NCBI RefSeq assembly: GCF_036321535.1
Contig: NC_087437.1
Span: 112,594,001-112,658,000, forward strand
Direction of reading: 5' to 3'
DNA length: 64,000 nt
From: Camelus dromedarius
Lineage: Eukaryota
The stretch's first letter is position 1, and each line of letters begins with the position of its first letter. Shown piece after piece: positions 62,779 through 64,000 of the stretch. A model generated the notes under the pieces. That model saw nothing but the letters and a program-made list of their open reading frames with translations, ran no database searches and was not told where the DNA came from. Both the position numbers and the translations under genes were made by a program.

Positions 62779-63423
62779 TGTTGGGTCCACTTGCTCAGAC
62801 GGAGTAAGGCCAATCGACTGCCACCTGGCTGTGGTGAAGGAAAGTGCAGCATTTATCGTGAGGTGCCAGACGAGGAGTCTGGAGCACTAATGAAAACTCC
62901 AGCTCCCTGTTAGGTTTCAGGGAAACATTTTTAAAGGCAAAGTGAGGAAGGGAGATTGCAGGGAGTGTGGTCAGCTTGTGTACAATTCTCTGATTGATGG
63001 TGAGGTGACAGGGTGGTGTCATGGGGTTAGTGTTATCAATCCTTAGGCTCCAGCTTGTCTGGGGACTACGTGCTTATGGTCATCATGTAGTTAACTCCTT
63101 CCATTTGGTGGGAGTTTTATCTTCTGTAAAACAACTCAAGAAATGCATGTCAGATACTGTTATCTAGGTACTTCAAGGAGGAACTAAAGATTCTATGATT
63201 GCCCTGTGGCTGATTTACTATTTAAATTGTTACCAGTTCTGGTTGAACTGCTACTTTTGTGACTGCACGATCATATCCTTTCAATCATTAATTCTTGAGC
63301 CAGGCTTTAGTGACTCAGCAGAGTCCTGGGAGATGATGGCTTTTCTACAAACAAGAGGCAGGCAGAGGACATGTGGGGAGACGTCTGTCCTGGGAAGGCC
63401 CCCTAGAGTTCTGCTTGGGTACA
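62779..63423 (-). mobile_element. ERV1 (MER4-group-like) solo LTR, ~645 bp
   Basis: TG...CA termini with flanks taaa/aaaa; 'caattctctgattgatggtgaggt...ggtcatcatgtagttaactccttccatttggtg'; terminal similarity to the 21446-22334 LTR. Confidence 0.72.
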
Positions 63424-64000
63424 AAAACACTGGGTATTTTGGTAGTTATCTTTTCAATAATTTAAATTTCTAGCAAGTTTTTGTAATGTGGCATCTAACT
63501 TTTTGGTTAATGAGTTTTTTTAAGTCTATGTAAATGCTCAGGAATTTGGCAAAAAACTATGACTTGATAAGTGTAATCTTGGACACCTTCTTTGTAACAC
63601 CCTACATTCCTGGGGTGCAGGAGAGAGATAATTAGCTTCTTGACAAACAGGAGCTGGAATCGGCTAAACAGTTTAAAATGAGAGAGTTGTTGCAGAAGCA
63701 TTCACAGCAGAGTGGACCTCGGTGCTTTTTTTATTAGGAAACTTTTAAAATTGAAACGGTAAATTCATATAGGTACTTTTCAAGTGTTGGGAGCCATTTC
63801 TGTGCTTTAAAAAGTGTACATAGTCAGTATAAATGCATAGATAACATACATAAATGATAATCCAGTAGTTCAATTCATGATTAAAATTCTACTTTAACGT
63901 GCTTGAAATAGAAACTTTTGTTGAAATGAAAGGAAATTGCAAATGGGGCGTTAGTTGTCTTCTGTCCTGGAAATGGAATGCCATTTTTACGGTCAGCTCA

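Larger units (their letters stand above)
1..64000 (+). other. ITSN1: Partial ITSN1 gene body: 3' part of intron 1 through the start of intron 7 (human exon numbering)
   Basis: Six exons with canonical AG/GT boundaries join in frame into the recognisable intersectin-1 N-terminus. No 5' exon or CpG island upstream and no stop codon downstream within the window. Confidence 0.93.

Noticed and set aside
289..63701. The many 60-185 aa ORFs in the six-frame track
   Set aside because: Except those overlapping ITSN1 exons (41169, 52293, 59314), they lie in repeats or intron, often start at non-ATG codons and resemble no protein beyond decayed L1/transposase fragments; expected by chance.

Overview
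Mammalian genomic DNA, most likely a camelid (alpaca/llama/camel), judged from nine tRNA-derived Vic-1-type SINEs. The window lies inside the ITSN1 (intersectin-1) gene on the + strand. Bases 1-39178 are the 3' part of the long first intron; no first exon or CpG-island promoter is visible. Six GT-AG exons follow (39179-39238, 41242-41334, 42339-42402, 52304-52464, 59375-59554, 61186-61282). They join into an uninterrupted 623-nt reading frame from the ATG at 39211 ([29 protein letters not shown]...KAQSFDVA), encoding the EH1 domain and the EH1-EH2 linker; the gene continues past the window. The rest is intron filled with SINEs, L1/L2/MIR, solo LTRs, DNA transposons and microsatellites. Repeat family names are by recognition, not database search. 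I see no evidence of a novel multi-gene system. The most unusual items are an apparently spliced ~360-bp L1 (5' end joined to 3' UTR at a TACTAAC...AG acceptor), a retroposed polyadenylated LTR fragment, a shifted internal splice acceptor in exon 6, a SINE-L1 chimera and a 33-bp locally templated insertion.
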